Assembly: GCA_017513195.1 (NCBI GenBank)
Contig: JAFXGM010000013.1
Location: 39,416-103,415 of the forward strand
Direction of reading: 5' to 3'
DNA from: Clostridia bacterium
GTDB taxonomy: Bacteria; Bacillota; Clostridia; Oscillospirales; Acutalibacteraceae
DNA length: 64,000 nt
Shown: positions 1 to 8,718 of the stretch, in pieces
How positions within the stretch are numbered: position 1 is the first letter of the stretch
How the letters are laid out: each line of letters starts with the position of its first letter
The notes under the pieces: generated by a model
The model's database searches: none
Told to the model about the DNA's origin: nothing
The model's input: the letters and a program-made list of their open reading frames with translations, nothing else
Program-made: the position numbers and the translations under genes

Positions 1-998
1 TTACCCGATAGGCCAACTTTTTTAAAGATTGGGTCAAGAACAACCGCCACACGTGACATATAACCACAGTCTTCAAGTAAGGCTATAAGGAAATACATTA
101 CCATAACAAGTGGCAAAAAGCCAACAACGGCACCCACACCGCCGATAATACCGTCGGAAACGATTGCGTTTAACAAAGGATTACTAATATGTTCGCTTAC
201 CCAACCTTGGAAAGTTTCAATCCAACCAACAAGGTAATCTGCAATTGGTGTTCCTACCCAAACCTGTGAAATTTCAAAAACAAGCCACATAACAACGGCA
301 AAAATCGGTATACCAAGCCATTTGTTTGTAAGAACTGCGTCAATCTTATCGCCTATGTTTTTGTCACGGGTAAGCACCTTGCGAGTTTCTACCTCTTTTA
401 CAATCCCGTTTACAAACTCAAAACGCTTGCGGTCAGCGGCAGTTACGGCTTTTTTATCAGTAAGGTCAATTTCGCCTTGAAAGTATGGCGCGGTTTGAGC
501 GCTACCTACTACCGACACTGCCTTTTCTATTACAGCTTTAAGTCCGTCTGATGAGGTAGAAACAGTTTCTACTACGGGGCAACCAAGCTTTTCTGAAAGT
601 AGCTTTTCATCAATTACTGTTTTCTTTTTTTCGTTAATATCACTTTTATTAAGTGCCACAACAACAGGAATGCCGAGCTCTAAAAGCTGTGTTGTAAAGA
701 AAAGGCTACGGCTAAGGTTTGTAGCGTCCACAATGTTTATAATAACATCGGGATTTTCATTTTTTACATAAGCGCTGGTAATACTCTCTTCGCTTGTAAA
801 CGGTGACATTGAGTACGCACCAGGAAGGTCAACCGCTATAAGTTTTTCCTCCCCTGTAAAATAAGCCTTTTTAATTGGACTTTCCTTTTTGTCAACGGTA
901 ACGCCTGCCCAGTTACCCACCTTTTCATTGCGACCGGTAAGAGCGTTATACATCGTTGTTTTACCACTATTAGGGTTGCCTGTAAGTGCAATTCTCAT
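1..998 (-). CDS. feoB: Ferrous iron transporter FeoB, N-terminal part (C-terminus lies beyond the window edge)
   Basis: Not in the ORF track because it is open at the edge. My minus-strand translation from the ATG at 996-998 gives MRIALTGNPNSGKTTMYNALTG..., with the FeoB G-domain P-loop GNPNSGKT, and continues into hydrophobic membrane segments. SD AAAGGAGA lies about 7 nt upstream. feoA is immediately upstream. Confidence 0.9.
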   Translation of the reverse strand, partial: MRIALTGNPNSGKTTMYNALTGRNEKVGNWAGVTVDKKESPIKKAYFTGEEKLIAVDLPGAYSMSPFTSEESITSAYVKNENPDVIINIVDATNLSRSLFFTTQLLELGIPVVVALNKSDINEKKKTVIDEKLLSEKLGCPVVETVSTSSDGLKAVIEKAVSVVGSAQTAPYFQGEIDLTDKKAVTAADRKRFEFVNGIVKEVETRKVLTRDKNIGDKIDAVLTNKWLGIPIFAVVMWLVFEISQVWVGTPIADYLVGWIETFQGWVSEHISNPLLNAIVSDGIIGGVGAVVGFLPLVMVMYFLIALLEDCGYMSRVAVVLDPIFKKVGLSG

Positions 999-1013
999 AT
1001 TTTTTCTCCTTTG

Positions 1014-1029
1014 GTTAGCCGAGGCTAAC
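1014..1029. promoter_or_regulatory. Perfect palindrome GTTAGCC-ga-GGCTAAC directly 5' of the feoB SD (DtxR-family operator-like, or an RNA hairpin)
   Basis: Read directly. On the minus strand: CAGTTAGCCTCGGCTAACC-AAAGGAGAAAAAATATG. Same half-site (GTTAG/CTAAC) as the two boxes at 1305-1357. Confidence 0.55.
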
Positions 1030-1072
1030 TGTTACTTAAAAATTAAGCGGCTGCGCTCGACTCTTTGATTTT

Positions 1073-1300
1073 TTATTCAAAGACTTCGATTGCAGCAGCA
1101 AGCTGACTATCAATGCTGTATCTACTATCCTTTATAGATACAACACACGTCTTTTTTTTATGTGATACTACAGTGATAGGTTCACCGCTATAGCAACCAA
1201 GTGAAAACAAAAACGCATCTAACTCTTCGTCATCGGTAAAAATATCTTTAATTATGTACTCCTTACCCTCGACAGCAGTTGTTAAATTCATTTTGCTCAC
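1073..1300 (-). CDS. feoA: FeoA-family small protein
   Basis: 75 aa, SH3-like FeoA pattern (KEYIIKDI...GCYSGEPITVV). Sits directly upstream of feoB on the same strand. Confidence 0.85.
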   Translation of the reverse strand: MSKMNLTTAVEGKEYIIKDIFTDDEELDAFLFSLGCYSGEPITVVSHKKKTCVVSIKDSRYSIDSQLAAAIEVFE

Positions 1301-1304
1301 CTCG

Positions 1305-1357
1305 GTTAGTCTGCGCTAACTAAATCACATAAAATATTGGTTAGTCACCGCTAACCA
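1305..1357. promoter_or_regulatory. Two operator-like palindromes (GTTAG-N6-CTAAC at 1305-1320; TGGTTAG-N6-CTAACCA at 1338-1357) between the feoA promoter and the feoA SD
   Basis: Read directly. Half-sites resemble the TTAGG/CCTAA arms of DtxR/IdeR-type operators. A divergent DtxR-family gene starts at 1484. Confidence 0.55.
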
Positions 1358-1363
1358 TCAAGT

Positions 1364-1392
1364 ATAATACACCCGTTTCCACAATTTGTCAA
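1364..1392 (-). promoter_or_regulatory. Sigma-A type promoter of feoAB
   Basis: Minus strand: TTGACA (1387-1392), 17 nt spacer, TATTAT (1364-1369). The palindrome at 1338-1357 lies just downstream of the -10. Confidence 0.6.
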
Positions 1393-1431
1393 GTGCTTTT
1401 TTTAAAATTTTTTACGCAATATTTGTGCGGC

Positions 1432-1460
1432 TTGAAATTTGTTTTAATATATGATATTAT
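1432..1460 (+). promoter_or_regulatory. Sigma-A type promoter of the DtxR-family regulator gene
   Basis: TTGAAA (1432-1437), 17 nt spacer, TATTAT (1455-1460), with TG two nt upstream of the -10. Confidence 0.55.
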
Positions 1461-1483
1461 AAATATATAAATGGGGTGTTTTT

Positions 1484-1846
1484 ATGCGTTTGCAAGAATC
1501 AGGCGAGATGTATATCGAGTCTATTTACGTTTTAAATAAAAAAATGGGCAATGTTCGCTCTATTGACGTTTGTGATTATTTGGGCTATTCAAAGCCGAGC
1601 GTCAGCCGCGCTATGAGTTTGCTAAAAAAAGGTGGATTTGTTTTGATGGACAAAAACGGATACCTTACGCTTACCAAAGAAGGCGTCGAGATTGCCGAAA
1701 AAATGTATCAACGTCATACCGTTCTTTCGGAACTGCTTATTCGTCTTGGCGTTAGCGAAGAAACAGCGGTAGAGGATGCGTGCAAAATTGAACATCATAT
1801 AAGCGACGAATCATTTAACGCAATTAAAAAATACGTTGGTAAATAA
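1484..1846 (+). CDS. DtxR/MntR-family metal-dependent transcriptional repressor (short form: HTH plus dimerisation domain)
   Basis: 120 aa. ESGEMYIESIY...SVSRAMSLLKKGGFV...MYQRHTVLSELL...EDACKIEHHIS matches the DtxR-family N-terminal wHTH and metal-site helix pattern. Divergent from feoAB. Confidence 0.85.
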   Translation: MRLQESGEMYIESIYVLNKKMGNVRSIDVCDYLGYSKPSVSRAMSLLKKGGFVLMDKNGYLTLTKEGVEIAEKMYQRHTVLSELLIRLGVSEETAVEDACKIEHHISDESFNAIKKYVGK

Positions 1847-1904
1847 TTTTATGCCTGCTCCACAGAGTAGGCTTTATTTTTAAATAAAACTTTAGAGGTG
1901 CTAT

Positions 1905-3200
1905 ATGAAAGCAAAATCATCTTCAAAATTTTGGTGTGTACTAACACTTTTTAGCCTTGTAGGTCAAATTGCTTGGGTAGTTGAAAATATGTATCTTAAC
2001 GTATTCATTTACAAAATGTTCCGTGCAACACCGGGCGACATTGCAACAATGGTATCAGCAAGCGCTATTGCCGCTACCTTAACGACCATACTTATCGGTG
2101 CTTTATCGGATAAAATAGGTAAAAGAAAGATATTTATTTGCGGCGGATACATATTGTGGGGTATTTCAATATTTGCCTTTGTGTTTATAAGAACCGACGT
2201 CATAAACGCCCTGTTCCCAGCCGCTGTTTCTGCCGCGGCGGTAGGTGCTAATTTGGTTATTATATTCGACTGTATAATGACCTTTTTTGGCTCAAGTGCC
2301 AATGACGCAGCCTTTAATGCGTGGCTTACCGACAACACCGAAAGCTCAAAGCGCGGAGCCGCTGAGGGTGTAAACGCTATGATGCCGCTTGTATCTATAT
2401 TGGTGGTGTTTGGCGGATTTATGGCATTTAATTTAGACAATCCGTCTTCTTGGGTAACAATATTTACCATCATTGGCGCAGTAGTAACTCTAATAGGTAT
2501 AATAGGTATCTTCATTATTGACGATGAAAAAACGGTAAAACAGGGCGAAAATTATTGGGGCAACGTTTTTCACGGCTTTTTACCAAAGACAGTAAAGCAA
2601 AATAAATCATTATATATGTATTTGTTGGCATTTACGGTATTTAACATTTCTATTCAAATATTTATGCCATATCTCATAATATATTACGAAAAATCTCTTC
2701 AAATGGCAAACTACGTATTTATTATGGCGCCTGCAATTATTTTGGCATCAATAGTAACATTTTTCTGGGGTAAGGTTTACGACAAAAAGGGCATAAAATT
2801 TTCATCGTTCACAGCGATAATTTGGCTTATTGTAGGTTATATTATTCTTTATCTTTTCAAAAATCAAGCGCTTGTGTTTGTGGGCTCACTCTTTATGATG
2901 TGTGGCTATCTTTCAGGTATGACGGTGTTTGGTGCAAAAATACGTGATTTAATACCCACAGGCAAAGCAGGTATGTTCCAAGGAATTCGTATTTTTTCAC
3001 AGGTTTTAATCCCCGGTATTGTTGGTCCCTACATTGGCAAGGTAGTGCTTAAAAATGCTGAAACCATTGCTAACAATGACGGTACTACTTCGTTTTTGCC
3101 AAACGAAAATGTATTTCTTGCTTCCCTTATAGTAATTGTTTTAACCTTTATAATGATTGCGTTTTTTACAAAAGGAGACTTTGAAAAACAAAATGTTTGA
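1905..3200 (+). CDS. MFS transporter (probable sugar/glycoside importer)
   Basis: 431 aa, about 12 hydrophobic segments, MFS loop motif GALSDKIGKRK. Overlaps the start of the downstream GH2 gene. Confidence 0.8.
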   Translation: MKAKSSSKFWCVLTLFSLVGQIAWVVENMYLNVFIYKMFRATPGDIATMVSASAIAATLTTILIGALSDKIGKRKIFICGGYILWGISIFAFVFIRTDVINALFPAAVSAAAVGANLVIIFDCIMTFFGSSANDAAFNAWLTDNTESSKRGAAEGVNAMMPLVSILVVFGGFMAFNLDNPSSWVTIFTIIGAVVTLIGIIGIFIIDDEKTVKQGENYWGNVFHGFLPKTVKQNKSLYMYLLAFTVFNISIQIFMPYLIIYYEKSLQMANYVFIMAPAIILASIVTFFWGKVYDKKGIKFSSFTAIIWLIVGYIILYLFKNQALVFVGSLFMMCGYLSGMTVFGAKIRDLIPTGKAGMFQGIRIFSQVLIPGIVGPYIGKVVLKNAETIANNDGTTSFLPNENVFLASLIVIVLTFIMIAFFTKGDFEKQNV

Positions 3201-4866
3201 TAACAATTTAGACACTAATTGGGGTATCTACCCCCGCCCACAGCTTAAAAGAGATTCTTTTTTTAATCTTAACGGCAAGTGGAAACTGTCGGTTTTAAAA
3301 GGAACCAAAGAAGAATTTGTTGGCGATATAACCGTTCCCTATCCACCCGAATCAAAGCTGTTATGTATTGAACGCACACTGCAAAGGGGCGAAAAGTACG
3401 TTTACAATCGCACCTTTACCCTGCCCGATAATTTTATTAAAGACGAGGTTATACTGCATTTTGGCGCAGTCGACCAAATAACGCAGGTTAAAATAAACAA
3501 TCAATTTGTCGGTGAAAACGTTGGCGGTTATTTGCCGTTTGAATTTAATATAACGGGGTTTTTAACCTGTGGCGAAAACAGTATTACAGTCACCGTTACC
3601 GATGATTTAAATCTCGAACTGCCTTACGGCAAGCAACGTAAAAATCGCGGCGGTATGTGGTACACACCAATAAGCGGCATTTGGCAAACGGTATGGCTTG
3701 AAAGCGTTCCGACAAAATATATAAGCCACTTAAAAATTGAAACCAAAAATAACACCGTAACCGTTATTACTAAAGGTGGCGAAAATGAAAAAACTCTTAT
3801 TTTAAACGGCAACAACTATTCTTATAGTGGCGACATTTTCAAGTTGGAAATTGACTCACCTATTATGTGGTCGCCCGAAAGCCCGTACCTTTATGGGTTT
3901 AAAATCATTTCGGGCAAAGATACCATAGAATCATATTTTGCTTTAAGAGATATAACCATAGAGAAAATAAATGACCGCTCTTATATATGCTTAAACGGTA
4001 AACCATATTTCTTTAACGGTGTTTTGGACCAAGGCTATTTTGATGACGGCATTTTTACTCCCAACTCGCCCGAAGTTTATAAAAACGATATACTTTCTAT
4101 GAAAAGCATGGGCTTTAATATGCTAAGAAAGCACATTAAAATTGAGCCGGAAATATTTTACTATTACTGTGATAAATACGGTATGATAGTTTTTCAAGAT
4201 ATGGTAAACAGCGGTAAATATAACTTTTGGATTGATACCGCCCTACCTACCATTGGTATTAAAAGGCTTTTTACCCACCGCGCATCAAAGTTTAGAAGAG
4301 AGCATTTTGAAAAGACAGCCAAGGGCACTATCGAGTTTTTATATAACCACCCAAGCGTATGCTACTATACCGTTTTTAACGAGGGTTGGGGTCAATATGA
4401 TGCCGATAAGATTTATACTATGCTTAAAAACCTTGACACCACTCGTGTGTGGGATGCAACGTCAGGGTGGTTTAATAAAAAGCTTAGCGACGTAACAAGC
4501 GAGCACGTTTATTTTAAGCCCATAAAATTAAAGGCAAACCCCAACAGGCCACTTGTTTTATCGGAATTTGGCGGTTACTCTTATAAAATACCCGAGCATT
4601 CATTTAACCTTAAAAAGACATACGGTTACCGCTTTTTTACCGACTCTGATAAATTTGTTGAGGCAATGAAAAAGCTGTATTTACAAGAGGTTGCATCCGC
4701 TATAGAACAAGGCCTATGTGCTACAGTGCTTACACAGCTAAGTGACGTTGAGGACGAAACCAACGGACTTTTCACCTACGACCGAGAAATACAAAAAATA
4801 GACCCCGACACAATGCAAAGCATATCAAACGCTATTTATGAAAAATTTAATAGGCAATTTGAATAG
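3193..4866 (+). CDS. Glycoside hydrolase family 2-like enzyme (beta-galactosidase/beta-glucuronidase type)
   Basis: Sugar-binding, Ig-like and TIM-barrel layout, with YFFNGVLDQGYF, FNMLRKHIKIEP and VFNEGWG (acid/base NE). Start is uncertain: ATG 3193 is preferred over TTG 3157/3181. Confidence 0.75.
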   Translation: MFDNNLDTNWGIYPRPQLKRDSFFNLNGKWKLSVLKGTKEEFVGDITVPYPPESKLLCIERTLQRGEKYVYNRTFTLPDNFIKDEVILHFGAVDQITQVKINNQFVGENVGGYLPFEFNITGFLTCGENSITVTVTDDLNLELPYGKQRKNRGGMWYTPISGIWQTVWLESVPTKYISHLKIETKNNTVTVITKGGENEKTLILNGNNYSYSGDIFKLEIDSPIMWSPESPYLYGFKIISGKDTIESYFALRDITIEKINDRSYICLNGKPYFFNGVLDQGYFDDGIFTPNSPEVYKNDILSMKSMGFNMLRKHIKIEPEIFYYYCDKYGMIVFQDMVNSGKYNFWIDTALPTIGIKRLFTHRASKFRREHFEKTAKGTIEFLYNHPSVCYYTVFNEGWGQYDADKIYTMLKNLDTTRVWDATSGWFNKKLSDVTSEHVYFKPIKLKANPNRPLVLSEFGGYSYKIPEHSFNLKKTYGYRFFTDSDKFVEAMKKLYLQEVASAIEQGLCATVLTQLSDVEDETNGLFTYDREIQKIDPDTMQSISNAIYEKFNRQFE

Positions 4867-4867
4867 C

Positions 4868-4898
4868 AAAAAAGCCACTCTGTAACGAGTGGCTTTTT
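4868..4898. terminator. Bidirectional intrinsic terminator between GH2 and argH
   Basis: AGCCACTC-tgtaac-GAGTGGCT, flanked by an A-run and a T-run. Confidence 0.8.
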
Positions 4899-4899
4899 A

Positions 4900-6273
4900 T
4901 TATTTAATTTGTTCCTTCACAAACTCAATCTGCTTTCCGACTGATTCAATAGAGGTGCCGCCTTCAGAAATACGGCGTTTTACGCAGTTTTCAAGGTTTA
5001 CTGCGTCATAAAGCTCTTCATCAAAAAGCTCGCTAAACTGCTTATATTCCTCGAGAGATAAATCTTCGAGTACAGTTTTCTTTTGCATACAAAGTGCTAC
5101 TAATTGTCCCGAGATTTTGTATGCCGTTCTAAAAGGCATACCTTTTTTTACAAGGTAGTCAGCAAGGTCTGTTGCGTTTATAAAGCCCTCGCCTGCCGCT
5201 TTTTTCATATTGTCTGTAAGCACGGTCATAGTAGCAATCATTGGCGTAAAGACCTTAAGGCACATTTTTACGGTATCACACGCGTCAAACACACCCTCCT
5301 TGTCCTCTTGCATATCCTTGTTGTACGCTAGCGGCAAGCCCTTAAGTGTGGTAAGCAGGCCCAGCAAATCGCCATATACCCTACCCGTTTTGCCACGTAC
5401 CAGCTCTGCCATATCGGGATTACGCTTTTGCGGCATAATAGACGAGCCTGTGGTGTAGTTGCTTGAAAGCTCAATAAACTTAAATTCCCAGCTTGACCAG
5501 AGAATAATCTCCTCTGAAAAACGGGAAAGATGCACCATAATAAGCGATATTGCCGACATAAGCTCTACGCAAAAATCGCGGTCGGAAACGCCGTCAAGTG
5601 AATTCATACAAATACCGTCAAAACCTAATTTCTCGGCTTCAAAACGGCGGTTGGTGTTGTAGGTAGTACCTGCTAACGCACAACAGCCAATGGGCGACAT
5701 ATTCATTCTCTTTTTGCAATCATTAAGACGGTCAATATCACGAAGCAGCATCATAGCATACGCCATTAAATGATGACCAAAGGTTATTGGTTGTGCGCGC
5801 TGTAGATGTGTATAACCCGACATAATGCTTGCTTTATGCTCGTTTGCCTTATCGCACAAAACCTCTACAAGTGACTTTAAAAGGCTTGTAATTTCATCTA
5901 TTTCATCACGCAAATACATTCTTATGTCAAGCGCTACTTGATCGTTACGGCTGCGCGCTGTGTGTAGCTTTTTACCAACGTCGCCTATACGGGCGGTAAG
6001 CTCTTGTTCGACAAACATATGTATATCTTCGGCAGTCATATCAAACTGTAATTTGCCGCTTTCGAGGTCGGCAAGTATGCCCTCAAGCCCCTTAATAATG
6101 GTATCTGCCTCGTCCTCGGCAATAATACCACACAAAGACAGCATCATAGCGTGAGCCATGCTGCCCTTTATATCGTGTGCATACATTCTTTTATCAAAAT
6201 GTATAGAAGAATTAAAATCATCGGCTATACTGTCGGTAACACCGTCGGTAACGCCTGTCCACATTTTTGCCAT
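4900..6273 (-). CDS. argH: Argininosuccinate lyase
   Basis: 457 aa. Fumarate-lyase superfamily signature GSSIMPQKRNPD and a typical ArgH N-terminus (MWTG...FNSSIHFDKRMY..DI.GS.AH). Confidence 0.95.
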   Translation of the reverse strand: MAKMWTGVTDGVTDSIADDFNSSIHFDKRMYAHDIKGSMAHAMMLSLCGIIAEDEADTIIKGLEGILADLESGKLQFDMTAEDIHMFVEQELTARIGDVGKKLHTARSRNDQVALDIRMYLRDEIDEITSLLKSLVEVLCDKANEHKASIMSGYTHLQRAQPITFGHHLMAYAMMLLRDIDRLNDCKKRMNMSPIGCCALAGTTYNTNRRFEAEKLGFDGICMNSLDGVSDRDFCVELMSAISLIMVHLSRFSEEIILWSSWEFKFIELSSNYTTGSSIMPQKRNPDMAELVRGKTGRVYGDLLGLLTTLKGLPLAYNKDMQEDKEGVFDACDTVKMCLKVFTPMIATMTVLTDNMKKAAGEGFINATDLADYLVKKGMPFRTAYKISGQLVALCMQKKTVLEDLSLEEYKQFSELFDEELYDAVNLENCVKRRISEGGTSIESVGKQIEFVKEQIK

Positions 6274-6305
6274 ATTGGCACCTCTTTTATTTTAAGTATT
6301 TACAT

Positions 6306-6334
6306 ATTATATATATAAGTGCTTGCATTGTCAA
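6306..6334 (-). promoter_or_regulatory. Consensus sigma-A promoter of argH
   Basis: Minus strand: TTGACA (6329-6334), 17 nt spacer, TATAAT (6306-6311). Confidence 0.65.
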
Positions 6335-6387
6335 GTCTTTTGAATAAATATGCAAAACTCCGTGCATATTATGCAAGGAGTTTTGTT

Positions 6388-7665
6388 TTATGCTATATTA
6401 TTGTCTTTAAAGAATTTGTAAAGTGTGTCGGCTACTTCTACGTGTTCTTCGGCCGATGGATGACCGCCACCACCCGATTGAAGCGAAAGAATATCGATAA
6501 CATATGTATTGTTATATCCCCGTTTTTTTAGTTCGGCTTTTGCTGCGTTGTACGCGGCAGTTTGGGTATGACACCACATAACACCCGATACAAATACTAT
6601 TTTTACGTCCTCGCTATAACCGATATTGGTTATAAGGTCGGCATAGCGCTTGCCGTAGTTTTCTACGCTTTGGGTATCTTTTTCGTTGTATAAACCGACA
6701 CTAGCATCATTTGTACCTAGATTTACCACAACCACGTCAACGTCGGCAGGATTTGAAGATGTATATTTCTTTTCTTTATCTAGGTGATAGCTCTCTAGCG
6801 AATAAAACTCCGGGAAGGTTGGGTAACCCACGCGTTGACCTAGCGCGATGCCACTCATAGATACGATTCTGTAATCCATATCTAGCTTATTTGCAAGTAG
6901 ATATGAATACGCTTTTGTTGCGCTTTGGTTTTTAAGGTCGCTCGCATTTGCAGCGCCGGTTATAAGATTGCCGTAACCGCTTGTAATCGAGTCACCCAAA
7001 AATTCTATTATCTGCTTGTCAGCGTCTTTGTTAAGTAGTTTTGAACCCTCGTCAAGTTGAATATTAACCACGGTAAATTTAAGACCGCTGCGAGCTTCCG
7101 AGTCGCGAATGAATTTAATATTATGTGTGCCCGCAGAAAGACCGCGAGCTATAGCCAAATAGTCGGTGCCACTAACCTCGATAGCCTTGTGATCCATTGT
7201 AACCTTGCCGTCAACTACAACCGTGTAATATAAACCACGGTCGGCATTAATCTCTAGTAATACAGAACTACTGTCGGTATTAAACTCGATGGCACTTGCC
7301 GACATACTTAACGATACGCCATAATCGGTCCTATCGCACCGACCGTTTAACTTTACCTTTTCAAGTGATTTAGCATCGTTAAGATGGTAAATGCTTTCTT
7401 CTACCTCGGGTGTTGATGCCGACGAATTTTCATCAGACTTACTGCTGGTATCTCCGCTAGAAACGTCAGAAACGGTAGGCTCGCTCGTTACAGGCACGCT
7501 TGACGATACGTTATCAGTAACGCTTTCAGTTTTGCTTTCGTCATAAATTACCTTATCTACAATTACTTCCACCTCGGTTGACGTTGCGTCATCGGTGGTA
7601 CTACTACAAGCGCAAAGCCCCAACACCAACGCAGAAGATAATAACATACATATTATTTTTTTCAT
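6388..7665 (-). CDS. Lipoprotein SGNH/GDSL hydrolase, carbohydrate esterase family 2-like (N-terminal beta-sandwich plus SGNH domain)
   Basis: Lipobox LGLCAC, a Ser/Thr-rich linker, SGNH block I GDSITSGYG, block III GTNDA and a C-terminal GGGHPS block. Confidence 0.75.
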   Translation of the reverse strand: MKKIICMLLSSALVLGLCACSSTTDDATSTEVEVIVDKVIYDESKTESVTDNVSSSVPVTSEPTVSDVSSGDTSSKSDENSSASTPEVEESIYHLNDAKSLEKVKLNGRCDRTDYGVSLSMSASAIEFNTDSSSVLLEINADRGLYYTVVVDGKVTMDHKAIEVSGTDYLAIARGLSAGTHNIKFIRDSEARSGLKFTVVNIQLDEGSKLLNKDADKQIIEFLGDSITSGYGNLITGAANASDLKNQSATKAYSYLLANKLDMDYRIVSMSGIALGQRVGYPTFPEFYSLESYHLDKEKKYTSSNPADVDVVVVNLGTNDASVGLYNEKDTQSVENYGKRYADLITNIGYSEDVKIVFVSGVMWCHTQTAAYNAAKAELKKRGYNNTYVIDILSLQSGGGGHPSAEEHVEVADTLYKFFKDNNIA

Positions 7666-7681
7666 TTAATCTTTTCCTTGT

Positions 7682-8710
7682 TTAAAAGCACTTGCCAAGT
7701 CTTTGCGCTTTGCAGTTAGCGGTATTGCCACAGTGATAGCAAAGCTCATTTTGGCTACAACCGTTTCCTAATATTTCTTTTATATTACTAATTGTAGTTT
7801 CGGCTATGTTGCCAAGTGCCTCTTCGGTTAAAAATGCCTGATGCGAGGTTACGATAACGTTAGGCATTGAAATAAGTCGTGCCAAGGTATCGTCATCGAC
7901 AATATGTCCCGAAAAGTCCTCAAAGAATATGTCCGATTCTTCCTCATATACGTCAAGGCAAGCGGCACCTATTTTGCGTGACTTTATGCCCTCAAGTAAA
8001 GCGTCGGCATCAATTAGTGCACCACGCGAGGTGTTAAGAATAACCACACCTTTTTTCATTTTGCTAATAGATTTTTCATTTATAATATGATGTGTTTCAG
8101 CTGTTAACGGACAGTGCATAGATATAATATCACTCTCGGCAAAAAGACGGTCAAGCTCTACGTACTCGCAAGGCGCATCTTTTGCGGGAAATTTATCGTA
8201 AGCCAATACCTTCATACCAAAGCCGCGGCAAACATCTATAAACACGCGGCCAATTTTACCCGTACCTATTACACCCACCGTTTTACCATAAAGGTCAAAG
8301 CCCGTAAGACCCGAAAGACTAAAATTGAAATCCTTTGTACGAATATATGCCTTGTGTATACGACGGATTGAGGTAAGCAACAACGCCATAGTATGCTCTG
8401 CCACCGCATAAGGCGAATAGGCAGGCACGTGTACCACGTGGATTTTGCCATAAGCGTGCTTTACGTCGACGTTGTTATAGCCCGCGCAACGAAGTGCTAA
8501 CACCTTTACGCCCAAATCATATAGCTTATCAATTACTGCGGCATCGGCAGTATCATTTACAAATATGCACACTACGTCACAACCGCGAGCAAGCTCGGCG
8601 GTGTCGATATTGAGTTTCGTTTCAAAAAACTTAAATTTCAATTGGTCATCTGCGTATTGCTCAAACGACTGCTTGTCATAAGGCTTTGTATCAAAAAATG
8701 CTATTTTCAT
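7682..8710 (-). CDS. ldhA: D-isomer-specific 2-hydroxyacid dehydrogenase (D-lactate dehydrogenase-like)
   Basis: 342 aa. NAD fold GVIGTGKIGRV. Catalytic region TSRG...D and VTSHQAF. Has an extra Cys-rich C-terminal tail. Confidence 0.8.
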   Translation of the reverse strand: MKIAFFDTKPYDKQSFEQYADDQLKFKFFETKLNIDTAELARGCDVVCIFVNDTADAAVIDKLYDLGVKVLALRCAGYNNVDVKHAYGKIHVVHVPAYSPYAVAEHTMALLLTSIRRIHKAYIRTKDFNFSLSGLTGFDLYGKTVGVIGTGKIGRVFIDVCRGFGMKVLAYDKFPAKDAPCEYVELDRLFAESDIISMHCPLTAETHHIINEKSISKMKKGVVILNTSRGALIDADALLEGIKSRKIGAACLDVYEEESDIFFEDFSGHIVDDDTLARLISMPNVIVTSHQAFLTEEALGNIAETTISNIKEILGNGCSQNELCYHCGNTANCKAQRLGKCF

Positions 8711-8718
8711 AATATCAC

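Noticed and set aside
2009-2515. 168-aa ORF antisense to the MFS transporter gene. Similar long antisense or out-of-frame track ORFs occur at 5104-5662, 8114-8451, 17449-17835, 31746-33224, 37041-38093, 39654-40046, 42247-43152, 56628-57236 and 61108-61989.
   Set aside because: All lie wholly inside well-supported genes on the opposite strand or in another frame. They have low-complexity or hydrophobic mirror-image composition, no SD and no recognisable motifs. They are typical shadow ORFs.
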